Of a stretch of 64,000 nt of DNA, positions 34,755 through 46,964 are shown in pieces. The first letter of the stretch is position 1; each line of letters opens with the position of its first letter. The DNA lies in contig JAVECL010000028.1 of NCBI GenBank assembly GCA_051942245.1, forward strand, positions 1 through 64,000. Reading direction: 5' to 3'. The DNA is from Trypethelium eluteriae. Lineage: Eukaryota. The position numbers were made by a program, and so were the translations under genes. The notes under the pieces were generated by a model. That model ran no database searches. It was not told the origin of the DNA and was given only the letters and a program-made list of their open reading frames with translations.

Positions 34755-35705
34755 CTATCTGTTGCCACCAAAACCTCCTGGAGGAAAACCACGCCCTTGA
34801 CCAGGTGGCTGGAATCCGGCAGGTTGGAAGCCTGCTAGTATTGGATTAGTACCAAGGTCGAATGGTTAGAGTTCCGGAACTTACTTGCTCCCGGAGGTGG
34901 CGGTCCTCCTGGAAAACCTTGGGTTGGTGGAGGAAATCCAGCTACACACAGTATCAGTGTCATGTTATACTGCTCGTAGGCATATGGGGATACTGACGAG
35001 CTCCACCTGGTGGCCCACCTCTTCCTAAGCCACCTGCTCCAGGGAAATTTCCACCTGGAGGGAATTGACCTGGAAATCCAGGCCCACCGACGCCGGCAGC
35101 TGGACCAGTCAAACCGCCAGGCAAGCCTCTACCTGCTGGTCTACTGATCCCGGTTCCAGCCGCCATCGTTACTGGTGCTCCTGTGGCCCCACCTGGGGCG
35201 CTGGTGCCTAATCTCGCTGAGGGATCACTTGGAGGTGGACCATCGACTGAGCAAGAGACAATGTGGGTACCGCGAACGATGGTGAGACCCAGCGTACGCT
35301 TCTCTTCACTTTCAACTAGAGTAGGTGGCGCCTGCCCGGGTGCTTGTTGTGCTTTGGTCGGCTTGCGTTTGACACGTCTGAATTCTTCCGTATCTGCTAG
35401 GACAAGGTTCATGTGCTTGTGAGATGTCAGTGCTATATGGAGAGATTCTACGACTGGGTTACGATGACTATACCTTATCAAACGCAAGCATCTGGCCGGT
35501 CATCTGGCGTCCGTCTGTAAGAGTGATGCGCATGCGATAATTGATCTGAAGTGAGGTTAGAGTAAATCATGCATGCAGAACAAAACGATTACTCACTAGG
35601 TTTGTCTAAAATGAGCGAAGTCAGCTGGGCCTGTCAACGCAAAGCTTTCCTCGTGAAAAAGAATGCGGTGTCGCCTACCATCTTGCCAGTTTTATTTTGC
35701 GCCAT
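34755..35705 (-). CDS. SMB1: Small nuclear ribonucleoprotein SmB
   Basis: MAQNKTGKM-TNL-INYRMRITLTDGRQMTGQMLAFDK-HMNLVLADTEEFRRVK...EEKRTLGLTIVRG, followed by a Gly/Pro-rich tail ending GFGGNR*. Six exons, including a 9-nt microexon at 35597-35605. Confidence 0.95.
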
Positions 35706-36008
35706 GGCTTAAAGACCGCGCCCAAAGGCGTCTTTCCGAGTTCTAAAAGAGCAGGTTTATACTGAGGATACGTAGAAGTTTGGAAGTCCAAACGGAAGGA
35801 GATAAGTTGAAGATCAAAGTGAGTGGTGTGATATTGTGGTCGCGGTCTTTGCGAGCAATCTTCGAAGCTTTGGACTTCTGAAGTTCACAATGGTCTGTGC
35901 TCAAGCAGCTTCCGAGGTTCATCCATCTGCACACAAACCTACATTTTGACTGCGCACCGCGAACTATTGACGCACCAAGATTCCCACCCCCTTCATCAGG
36001 TATCCGAA

Positions 36009-36766
36009 ATGGTACGCAGCATTCTCATGACGTCTTCTGGCTAGACTGACGGCAATAATAAGGCAAAAGGTCAGAGCTCCACGCAACAGGCTACAGAAGA
36101 GCTGAGGGGCAGCGGCGGCAAGGACAAGAGCAGCAATCCCATGCGCGAGCTCCGCATCCAGAAACTTGTACTCAACATCTCCGTTGGTGAATCTGGCGAC
36201 AGACTCACACGAGCGGCAAAAGTGCTCGAGCAATTGAGCGGCCAAACACCTGTCTATAGTATGATTGAATCTGCACATCTATCAGTTCTCCTGTTTCCAC
36301 TTCCTCTGACAAGGTCTCCTGAATAGGCAAAGCTCGCTACACCGTCCGAACGTTCGGTATCCGTCGTAATGAGAAAATCGCAGTGCACGTCACCGTCCGT
36401 GGACCCAAGGCTGAGGAAATTCTTGAGCGTGGATTAAAAGTCAAGGAATACGAGTTGAAGCGACGCAACTTCTCCGAGACTGGTAACTTTGGGTTCGGAA
36501 TCAGTGAGCACATTGATCTGGGTATTAAATATGATCCTGCCATTGGTATCTATGGTATGGATTTCTACTGTTGCATGTGAGTAGTTTGAATGCCCCCTCA
36601 AGTGGCTGGCATCGGTGGAGGTTAACTTCGGCTTTGTAGGACCCGTCCAGGAGAGCGCGTTGCAAAGCGTAGACGTTGCAAGAGCAAGGTCGGCCACTCA
36701 CATAAGATCGACCAAAGTGAGACAATCAAATGGTACAAGAACAGGTTTGAGGGTATTGTCCGATGA
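36009..36766 (+). CDS. RPL11: 60S ribosomal protein L11 (uL5)
   Basis: [67 protein letters not shown]...GIYGMDFY. The first exon is the ATG alone; three introns. Confidence 0.97.
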
Positions 36767-37831
36767 ACGTAGGATGAGGTTATGGTAACAGCCACGAGTT
36801 CCTAGTATGCAAGATTACTGGCGTTCTATGGTAGCTCTGGAGGCATTCTTGTATCTACACCTGACCAACACAGGGCCTATCAATGGAGCATATTTCATGC
36901 CAAGCAAGATCATTACGATGGAGGTTTCACAAGGGTGATGACCGCATAACCATCGATCACTGCTTGCAGCCACCAGGTTAAGGTGCTTCGGCGTCCATTA
37001 CTGACTGAGTAGCCTTACAGATTATTCACTGCCAGAACACGGTAGGTCGTGCAGATTGTTGTCGTTGCATCTCATTTTTCCGCCCGAAATATTTGAATGC
37101 CACACTCCAGAGCAGTGATCGTAATGAATTCACATCGAGAACGAGCTCGATTCTCGGCATGCATATCTCGGCATGCGACCTTCTACGGGTCGCAGAAAAG
37201 AAGCATCCTCCAAGAAGTGAACGTCAAGCCTCAGGAGCTCCATGTGCACAGTTCAGTGTGCCGATAAGAACGCACGTACTTTTCACTCACTGGAAATCTT
37301 GTCGTATGTACTGTTCTGGTACATTATGTGAGCAGATCCTACGTCAACATCTTGGTAAAGTACATGGAGAGCATTTTGCTAGGTGCCGCCTTCGAGCCAG
37401 AAGATATTAAGTCTGGCGACTTAATTGTCAATCCGGTTTTTGTAGATGCGGGACTCCTTCAAAAAAGGGTTTAGATTCATTACCTTTTGAGTAAGTATTG
37501 AAAGGACCAGGAAGAGAAGAAAAGATACATATGATAAGAAAAGCGAGTCTATAGAAAAGGCTAGCGCCATCCTTACTCTGCCTATTCTAAGCTAGGTGAT
37601 ACCTAGCAAATAGATACCCAGGGTTCCGTCTCTTGATTGCTACCTTGTTCTTCCGTATACTCCGTACCACATTACCTAGGAGGCAGGTACTACCTAACTG
37701 TTGGTGCGAACCTCACACGCTAGCGCACGTGTTGTCGGATCACGGGTCAATTCGCCTGATATTTCGTCACAACCCTCGAGATTGCTTAGACGCGATACCT
37801 ACCTACCTAGAAACTTCTAAATTATGCTATC

Positions 37832-40540
37832 ATGGATGAACCTCATCCTACTGACGGCTACAGCAAGCTTTTAGGTGCTGATAACGAAAAGGATACAGTT
37901 GTTCAGATCGTCCTTTCCGTTGCCGTTGGCCTAGGAGCCTTTCTTACATTTTGTGTATGTTGTGCTAGGCTGGAGATGCGGAAGACCTACTAAAGTCATT
38001 CAAGGCTCTTCGCCCGAGATGGTCCGGCCTATATGCAGCTCGTAAGAATCATAAGGATGAGGCCTCGCCGCTTCCGGAGCTACCAGAAACGTTCCTTGGT
38101 TGGATACCAGTCTTATGGCGAATAACAGAGCAGCAAATACTCGCTTCCGGAGGCCTTGACGCCTTCGTGGTACGTAATCAGAGCCCTTCAGCGTTGGTAT
38201 ACGTACTGATGAAATTGAGTGTAGTTTCTCAGAACTTTCAAGTTAGCCATCAAATTTCTGACCGTTACTGCCTTTTTCGCCCTTGTTGTAATCAAGCCAG
38301 TCCATGACCACGTTTTGAAACCTGCAAAAGATGGAAAGGAGGATAACTTTGACCTGTGGCGGTTTGATTCGAGATTGATGGAACAATACAAAAATGGCAC
38401 ACTCGCGACCGCATTGAAGAAGGACATTCAGAGCAACTACCTCTGGATGTACATTGTCTTTGCGTACCTATTCACAGGCCTCGCAATGTATTTGATCGTA
38501 GCAGAGACGAGACGTATCATTGAGGTACGACAAGAATACCTAGGAAGCCAATCAACAATCACGGACCGGACAATTCGTTTATCAGGCATTCCTAAAGAGT
38601 TTAGGTCTGAAGAAAGGATCAAAGAGTTTGTTGAAGATTTAGAGATTGGCAAGGTGGAAAGTGTCACACTCTGCAAAGACTGGAAGGACCTTGATAGTGC
38701 CATGGTGGAACGGATGACCATCTTACGAAGATTAGAAGAGGCCTGGACTGTCCATTTAGGCTACCGTCGAGTAGAGAGAAATCTTGAATCTCTTCCAATT
38801 TCGCAACCATCTCCGCCTGGGCCGACAACTGATAGCGACAATCATGTCCATCACGAAAGCAGTAGGTTGATTACGAGCAACGGCGAACCCTCCCATGTGC
38901 GGCCTTACTCTAAAGCTCGCCCAAAGACAAAGATTCGCTATGGCCGCTTCAAGCTGCAAAGTATGATGGTTGATGCAATCGACTATTACGAGGAGAAGCT
39001 GGCAAAAATAGATACCAGAATTCGAGATTTGCGCCAAAAGGATTTCGAGCCAACGGCACTCGCATTTGTGACGATGGATAGCGTTGCTGCCTGCCAAATG
39101 GCTGTTCAGGCTCTCCTAGATCCTTCACCCCAAGAATTTCTTGCAAAGCCTAGTCCTCCTCCAGCAGATATCGTCTGGCCAAACACCTACTTGTCTAGGA
39201 GGAGCCGAGTGGTCAGGGCATGGGCAATTACTGCCGTGGTTGTTCTCTTAACAGTCTTTTGGTCTGCGATTCTGGTTCCTCTTGCCACTGCCCTAAATCT
39301 GGATAATATTGAGGAATTTTGGCCCCAGCTTGGTCAAGCTCTCAAGTCCAATACCATAGTACGCTCTTTCATCCGGACCCAGTTTCCAACTCTCTTGAGC
39401 TCTCTACTATTGGTACTTGTGCCTTATCTTTATGATTGTAAGTTGGCCGAGCCAGTCTACATTTCAGCAGCTAACACGGATAGGGCTGGCTAATTTTCAA
39501 GGCATGACGTCGCAAGGCGACATAGAACTATCCGTAATATCCAAGAATTTCTTCTTTACCTTCTTCAACTTCTTTATCGTCTTTACCATTTTAGGAACTC
39601 TCTCGAATTTCCTCAAGGACGGCAACTTTGATAAGCCTTTGAAGGACGTTAACAATGTCGCGGAGAATTTGGCAACATCACTCGCCAAACTGCTCAACTT
39701 CTATCTCAACTACATCATACTTCAGGGTCTCGGGATCTTCCCATTAAGATTATTGGAGTTCGGTAGCGTTGCCTTGTACCCGATTAGCCTCATTGGAGCA
39801 AAAACCCCTCGAGGTATAATCAAGACTTTGTCCATAGCGGCATTGGCTGATAAGTTGCGCAGACTATGCAGAGCTCGTGCAGCCACCCATATTCAGCTAT
39901 GGCTTCTACCTCCCTCAGACCCTTTTGATCTTCATAATATGTATTATCTACAGTGTATTACCTGGCTCTTGGCAAATCCTCCTCGCCGGTCTGGCATATT
40001 TTGCGATCGGTTACGTCGTGTACAAATATCAGCTACTCTATGCTATGGCCCATCGCCAGCACTCATCCGGTAAGAGCTGGACAATGATTTGCGATAGAGT
40101 CATTCTTGGTGTCATTCTCTTCCAACTCACAACCACCGGCGAAATTGCTCCGAAGGCACCGAAGCTGTCGCCTCTGATTCTGCCATTGCTTGCTGGTACA
40201 CTGTATTTCAGCTACGTGTACTCGAGGACCTATAAGCCCCTTATGGGCTTCATTGCCTTGCGAAGCATCAGAAGAGCCGAGCATTCGGATTTGGCTGAAG
40301 GCATTCGTGAACATGCTGGGATTGATGTGAGAACTATAAGGTATATCACTGAGAGTCTGGCTGGACGAAGTGGTGATGAGTCCGGCGAGGCCCGACATCG
40401 TTTCGTCAATCCTAGTCTGATAGCACCGTAGGTCACAGACGTACACAACTTTTCCATTGTTGCTAACTTTCGGTAGATTAGAGGATGTTTGGATCGTAGA
40501 CAAAGACGCAAGACGCGAAGATGGCCGCGGTGTTGACTAA
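37832..40540 (+). CDS. OSCA/TMEM63 (CSC1/RSN1, DUF221) calcium-permeable stress-gated channel
   Basis: Motifs LRPRWSGLYAARK, GLDAFVFL, RQEYLGSQSTITDRTIRLSGIP, AFVTMDSVAACQMAVQ, PPPADIVWPN, ELSVISKNFFFTFFN and YKYQLLYAM; multiple transmembrane segments and five introns. Confidence 0.93.
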
Positions 40541-41451
40541 AGTGGTATATTTCATGCAAAAGTCTAAACGTTCTCGTTTTGGAATAGATACCCATGGAGC
40601 ATTTTGACAGTTGAATGCATCATAATTCAATACAATAAAAGCTTGCAAAATTTCATCGGGAGGCGCAAAGCTTGCTATGGTGCTGTTACGTTGCGAGAAT
40701 CATGGATGGCGCACGCCGTGGTCACCAATGTTCAAGGCAGGTGCTTATGCGTCGTGGTGCCCATTGCAAAGGAAAGCAAGAGCCAAACTCTACTTTTCCA
40801 CGGCAAGAGGCAAGCACTAGCAGAAGCACACTCCTCACAAATGAGCTAGCGCGCCCTACGTTTCTGTTGTTTCCTTTCGTGATCACTGTCATCACTCCTG
40901 GTACTTTCACTTACGCATCCCCAATCAACTACTTTTGCTTCAACCAGTCCTAATTTATGCCCTCTCTGGAGGAGCCAGTCAGGTCTCCTCTTTGCTTGAG
41001 CTGGTCTCCTCTGTATCCCCTTCATCTATTTACCTATCCTGAAGCTCAACCTAAGTAAGGCATCAATAGCTTGATTCAAGCGACTCCTCATCTCTTACCG
41101 AGCCAGGGGACTTCTCGTCTGATCCATTGATATTCAAGTCACGCCACGAGTTTCGAGATTGTCCTTTATCCTGGGGTCGCCGGCCTACACCTTCAAGCGC
41201 GACGTGTCCTTCCTGCGGCCCCTAGGACCGTCGAAGGGTCAGATTCAGCCGAGGAGGTAGACTTGGGAGAGAGGTTGAACTGTCAAGCAATCCCCTCCCG
41301 AACAGCGTATACATATTTGTCCTTGCGCGCTGAGGGAGAGACAAGCATATCTAGAGGTAAGTCTCAGTCCAAGACTTTCCGAACCGATGTCTCTCGCTAA
41401 TTGTTTTGAACCCAAGGGTCCGCGACCTCTATAATCCGACACCTGACATCC

Positions 41452-44400
41452 ATGTCAATGGCTGGATTCGGCATAAGTGGCGGAAATGTTGGCTCTAGCC
41501 AGCATATCAATACGGCCCAAGCTGAAATGGAAAAGGTGACTAGCACTTCTTGGTGGAGAACTCGAGCTCAAGTCGAAGGCGATGACCAATTGCAGAAGCA
41601 AAGCGCGAAGTCTTTGTCCTTCAAAGCCTCGAGACTTCGTTCCAAGCTGAGGTGGATGTATACAAAATGCGGGAAAGTCTCGTTTCGACGTGTACTGGCC
41701 TCTCTCTTTCACTCATCGGATAGCACTCCAACGAGTCCCGGACCACTGAAGGTCACACCAGTACGAACAGCTTCTGAATCACTCCTTAGACCATCTACGG
41801 GCCTGACTCCGTCTATGAGCGTTGACATCCTCTTTCCGCCGGTCTTCACATTCAGTGGCCCTGTCCTACAACCTTCAAGTACCAAGGCGACTCCCTCTAC
41901 AAGCAGAGCCAGCACAAATCCCTATCCAAGGCCACAAAAGAACCATACGCACTGGGACTGCCTCACCGAAGACTTTCCAACTTTAGGGAGCCCGGATGGC
42001 TCTAACGACAAAAGCCATGAAATCATCTTCGAACCCTTTCATGATCCTCTGTCTCGTAGTCTTTCAGAAACTGCTCCGTCGTCTGAAGGATCGTTAGATA
42101 ATCATGGAGTTTTGCAATCACTTGAGCAATCTTCCGACTCAAGGTCAGAGCCACGACATTTTCTTGCACAACAAGCTGATATCTACAGATCAGCTGGACG
42201 TTCGTATAATCACACTCGCCTGGCTTCTGAGTCTTCAGAAGTATACCTCTCTCCTGAGGATAACTCTTCCAAACGATTGTCATTGCTTGAGCCCGATGAT
42301 CCTTGTCCCACAAGAGCATCGTGGCTTCCGCTCGAGCTTCTCCATCAAATATTCTACTACCTACACCCTGTGGATTTCAATGCTGCTCGACATATCTGTC
42401 AGCGTTGGATGCTCGCAAGCTTGGATTGTCGTGTCCTTTGCACGATGATCAGAAGAGCCGGTTGGTCTTCATTGGTGAGGAACCTACCCACCGACGAGGG
42501 TGATGATCTTGGTGACGTTAGTCTCGAGTTGAGACTAAGTGGTGATCTCGCGAGATCGTGTGCTCTAGGGCCAAATTGGACAGGCTCTGGCGTTCACTTC
42601 TATTATGAAGGATCGACGCAGCTAATCCAACCATATCCACCGAAATGTGCATTGATGGAGACTTGCGATGTGGATTTTACTGGACTCTCATCTGGTGCTC
42701 AAGAGACTACTCGAAACAGAGCTAGCGGTCTCATTTTCACCGTTAGCGCCTGTGGTCGCTTTCTTATGGTGGGAGAGAACAACATGATTTATGTCTATCA
42801 GCTGGGTCCCGGACACGACATTGATCTTGTGGTACGTATTGCATGCCCTCGGCGAGTCCTCGGAGTTAGTATGGACACCACTTGCGGTCGGTACGCAGTC
42901 GCTGCCTTCCTTGACGGCAGATTAGGAATGGTGTGCGATCTCCAACTATACAGATCAAGTACGTCGAACACTCCCGAAGAGATATGTGATGATTTCTCGA
43001 GACATGGTGCTCATTGTCCGATCCCCCACGATAGAGATAGCAGTGAGGAGAGTTTACGGGGCAACAATAGCCGAAGCAGCTCACCTCTGGCTCTTATCAG
43101 TGCAGAAGATTCTTCGGCTCGCAAACGGACTATCAGCGTTGCCGCTAATGAGATACCACCGACTGAGAACCAGGAGATATATCAGGTGACAGCACAGCGA
43201 AAAGGAAAGACGGAGTTTCAATCAGATACCTCTAGAAGATCATACAGATCCTCACATCAACCGGTTTGTCCTACTCTGATGCCGAACAAGCGAACAATCT
43301 ATGAAGATCTCTGTTATCCTGATGACCCTCCACGCACGGTTGCGATCTGTCCGTCTCGAAGCTGTGCAGCTTTTGGATGCAATGCTGGTATCCAGCTTCA
43401 TTGGATTGACGTTGTTACGAAGAGACAAGAAGACCGCTTTTTCCCTCTCTCAGCAACAACGGACGTCCTTTACTTTCTACCCCCACGGATCGGCGCTGAC
43501 GCTACTCCAAGTGTCACAGCTGGTGTTACTGACCTTCAATCGGACCCACAAGCTCGGAGGTTGCGTCTCATTGGTAGCGCTGTTGCGCCTCATCCGGACA
43601 CAGTGTTAGGGAGGACGGAGCTACGTAGACGTATGTTTGGTGCCACTGATATGCGCTTCGGATGTCAACCAAAGCACCGCAGAGACGGACAATGTCTATT
43701 CTCTAATCGAGAGTCATCTAGCGACAACAGTATATCTAATCAAAAGCAATTCCACGAGCGGCTACAGCAAGACTGGTCACTGGCTGAACTCGAAGGCTCT
43801 GTCAAACAAAAAATCCGCGGTGGATCTCACTCATTCCGTCATCATCACATATCTGATCATGATGTCTCGATTGCAGACTTGTGGCAAAAGTGGGCTTCAC
43901 GCCGTAGACAAGACAAAAAATCGTTTACGCCAGACTTTGATCATTATCGAGCGATATCTCTCAGTGACGGATATCATATTCTGTTCACCGACCCACCGAC
44001 TGGTTTGCTATGCCTGGGCTGTGACGCACCATTCGAAAGGCCAATGAAGCTGACAAGAAAAATGATTCTCGAGCCGCCATTTTCGCAAGGTAGAATGGCA
44101 AGTATGGAGCAGATCTGGCAGAAAAGCAAAGAATCTAAAATGGACAAAGGCAAAGGTAGAAAGAAAAGGACTTCCACCTCAGAACTGCTCACCCGTTCTG
44201 AGGACGAAGGTAGCATTGGACACAACTCCCGTGACGACAATGATGTTGTATTGTTTCCTACGGTCTATGCAGCAGGGACGAATCTTCAGAATGGTGTCTT
44301 CATTGTTGCAGGTTACGAAGAGGACCTTGTGCTCTACACCATTCCTCCTGATATTTTTGCCGTCAGCCAAAAAGAGCTACAACCTACACAAGGCAGCCAC

Positions 44401-45684
44401 AACGAAGCTGGAGGCAATTGGCTTTACGAGTCCGTTGATTCAGATTCATCTGCTTCTCAACCTGCTGCAGCCAAGAGTCCGTCGCATCTAAGAACGGGAA
44501 ATTTGTCTGAGAACGAAAATGACATGGAATGGCAGGAGTACTGGCCTGATACAGTTTCCTGGTCAATGGCCGCCACATTCGCCGGTGTGAACAGAGCTGA
44601 TCCTAGAAGTGCTCCTGATGGACCCGGCTTTTTCAACAGTCCACCCTTGACGAGGCCCACAAAACCTGGCATCTGGCCAGTAAAGATACGAGGGACATGG
44701 TTGGGTAAGGTGCCCACGCTCGTTGATATTGCTGTCCGCAATGAGAACAGTGAGCTAGCTGTTTGGGCATTTGGAGCCAACGGCCACGCATACGCCTTTG
44801 AAATTGATAGCGTTAGGGTCGAGCGGGACGGGCACGTCCGTTTGAAGCGCAAGCTAGCTTTGCGAACGGGAGAGATCAGGGAAGTAGACCGTGAAAAAAT
44901 GCCTTGGCATGTTCGCCAAAGCGACGTTGCAGATTCCGCCGGCTTTGATGGATGCTCTACTGATATTTTGACGTGGCTGCGGAAAACTGGCAGGACTACC
45001 ACGCAGAGGTCTAGCCCCACTCTAGGACGGTCCTGTGAACAGCTCGAGGACTCAGACAGTCCGGAAGATGCCTGCCTATCTCGAGGATATCGCATTGAGG
45101 CCACGGACCTTACAGGCAACACTTCGAGTAGGGCAAGATCGGCTTCAATGTCTACGCTTGTCCCCGGATCCTCAGCCTCAAACGACGTCTCAGAGCAATC
45201 TTATCCGATTCGCCCCGACCACTTTCAATGCTCTCGCTCGCCCAGAACCTCAAGGGGTGCGTCCTCTGAATTCCCTAGAATTGAAGCAGCAAGCAGCGGT
45301 TCCCATATTCTCCCCTCGCACCTCCATCAACTCCCCTTCTCACTCCACCCAGCCCACCCACAGCCACCTCCTCCTATCTCCATCGACTCACTGACCCGAA
45401 GTACTGCCCAAAATTCGCCTCTCCTCTCCAACACGCACTCTGTCCGCCGTGCCTATCCGCGTGCCTGGCGCTCGACCGACCTCGACGAAGTCCCCTACGA
45501 CTTCCTATCAAGCTATCACCATCAATACTCGCGCGGGCGCCTTGCTAGCTTCCGTCCCGATACTCCACCGGCCTGTGCCCTCAATCCCCATAATCCATTC
45601 GCGACTCCAGGGACCGTGGGAACTGGATTCAGGTCCACGTCGGTGCGTTTGAATCAGCCGGATGATGAGGAGGAGCGGAAGTAA
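41452..45684 (+). CDS. Large F-box protein with a probable beta-propeller region
   Basis: F-box LPLELLHQIFYYLHPVDFNAARHICQRW, followed by beta-rich blocks (FTVSACGRFLMV, CPRRVLGVSMDT, PPRTVAICPSRSCAAFGC, LSDGYHILFTDP..GLLCLG). The start codon is uncertain. Confidence 0.8.
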   Translation: MSMAGFGISGGNVGSSQHINTAQAEMEKVTSTSWWRTRAQVEGDDQLQKQSAKSLSFKASRLRSKLRWMYTKCGKVSFRRVLASLFHSSDSTPTSPGPLKVTPVRTASESLLRPSTGLTPSMSVDILFPPVFTFSGPVLQPSSTKATPSTSRASTNPYPRPQKNHTHWDCLTEDFPTLGSPDGSNDKSHEIIFEPFHDPLSRSLSETAPSSEGSLDNHGVLQSLEQSSDSRSEPRHFLAQQADIYRSAGRSYNHTRLASESSEVYLSPEDNSSKRLSLLEPDDPCPTRASWLPLELLHQIFYYLHPVDFNAARHICQRWMLASLDCRVLCTMIRRAGWSSLVRNLPTDEGDDLGDVSLELRLSGDLARSCALGPNWTGSGVHFYYEGSTQLIQPYPPKCALMETCDVDFTGLSSGAQETTRNRASGLIFTVSACGRFLMVGENNMIYVYQLGPGHDIDLVVRIACPRRVLGVSMDTTCGRYAVAAFLDGRLGMVCDLQLYRSSTSNTPEEICDDFSRHGAHCPIPHDRDSSEESLRGNNSRSSSPLALISAEDSSARKRTISVAANEIPPTENQEIYQVTAQRKGKTEFQSDTSRRSYRSSHQPVCPTLMPNKRTIYEDLCYPDDPPRTVAICPSRSCAAFGCNAGIQLHWIDVVTKRQEDRFFPLSATTDVLYFLPPRIGADATPSVTAGVTDLQSDPQARRLRLIGSAVAPHPDTVLGRTELRRRMFGATDMRFGCQPKHRRDGQCLFSNRESSSDNSISNQKQFHERLQQDWSLAELEGSVKQKIRGGSHSFRHHHISDHDVSIADLWQKWASRRRQDKKSFTPDFDHYRAISLSDGYHILFTDPPTGLLCLGCDAPFERPMKLTRKMILEPPFSQGRMASMEQIWQKSKESKMDKGKGRKKRTSTSELLTRSEDEGSIGHNSRDDNDVVLFPTVYAAGTNLQNGVFIVAGYEEDLVLYTIPPDIFAVSQKELQPTQGSHNEAGGNWLYESVDSDSSASQPAAAKSPSHLRTGNLSENENDMEWQEYWPDTVSWSMAATFAGVNRADPRSAPDGPGFFNSPPLTRPTKPGIWPVKIRGTWLGKVPTLVDIAVRNENSELAVWAFGANGHAYAFEIDSVRVERDGHVRLKRKLALRTGEIREVDREKMPWHVRQSDVADSAGFDGCSTDILTWLRKTGRTTTQRSSPTLGRSCEQLEDSDSPEDACLSRGYRIEATDLTGNTSSRARSASMSTLVPGSSASNDVSEQSYPIRPDHFQCSRSPRTSRGASSEFPRIEAASSGSHILPSHLHQLPFSLHPAHPQPPPPISIDSLTRSTAQNSPLLSNTHSVRRAYPRAWRSTDLDEVPYDFLSSYHHQYSRGRLASFRPDTPPACALNPHNPFATPGTVGTGFRSTSVRLNQPDDEEERK

Positions 45685-46964
45685 GAACCTGAGCTTAGGG
45701 ACGGGGCTTTTTTGACGAGTGAAGGCCCGGGATAGAGGCTCGAGGAAGCGGGCACCTGGATGGAAAGGGCTGGAATCCAGCTTAAAATGAGGCGGGCGAC
45801 ACTGGAAGGGAAGCGATGGGTGAATAGGAGTCGAGAGAGAAAATGAGGGGAGGGTACTACGGAGCAGAAAGAGAGGCGGGTCGAACGAATTGGCGTATAG
45901 TGGTGGGCCCCGAATCGCCATTTCGAGTTTAATTCAAGGACATGGCCGATCATAGGCGTCGATCGTGATGAACTTCTCAGAAAGCACCAAGCTTGGAGAA
46001 AGAACGCCTAGATACAGGACGAGCGACAAGAGTTGCATGTAGAATAGCTTCCCAGAATCCTATTTCAACTCACAAGAGCTACCTAGAACCTGATACACAG
46101 TCGAGCGTCTCTCGCACCTCAATTGTTCTTCGCTCAACTCGCCATAACTGCCTTTCTACGCACTTGCCTATCTAGAACCGACGAATTCCTTGTCAAACAT
46201 AGTCGCTATCGCCGAGGGGGAATATATGCAAGAAAAGCATCAACCCTACCAACCCACCGAACAACAGCCAAAGTAAACCAACAAACAGCTCACGCCAGAC
46301 CCCTTGCGGGAAGAATTCTGCACACTTCCAACTCGCACCGTGATCTCTTATCAATTCATTCGTCCATATGTCCGTTCATCCTAGAATAGATGAAGCTGAG
46401 AGCAAAGGAGAGCAAAGGAGAGCACGGCAAAAGGAGAGAACGGGATGCAGAGAGGAAGATGAGTGGGCATATAGATCTGATGTCAGGGGATGAATTCTTT
46501 TGGTATCTCGAATGTAGAAGAACGTAATGGCTCAAGAACGCTGCAAGAATTGCCAAGGCGTGGGAATTGCAAGATAGCAGTACAAATCTCCAAATTGAAA
46601 GCAAACAGTGGGAATAAGTGCTCGTAGCATGGTATGGTAGGAAAAGTATAGAAGATTCGTGCACTCTGTACGATTGTCTCTCTTTCTCGTGCACGTTTCG
46701 TAAATCGTTCGACAAATTTCGGCATTCTTTACAATTTTTTTTTTTTTTTTGTGAAGGTGTGTAAATTTGTTCCAAGCACGTTGAGACATGAAAGACCGGG
46801 CCAATTAGCCCGGAAAGAAAGCATATCTCCTTCGAGTACCTTTGGCAGAGTGATGCAGGCCGTTGAGTAATCGAATACGAGTAAGAGTAACGTTATCGCT
46901 GTCAAGGAGAGGGCAGAGACGTCGTGTTCTGATCATGAGGAAGTTGATCATCTTGCACACCTTC

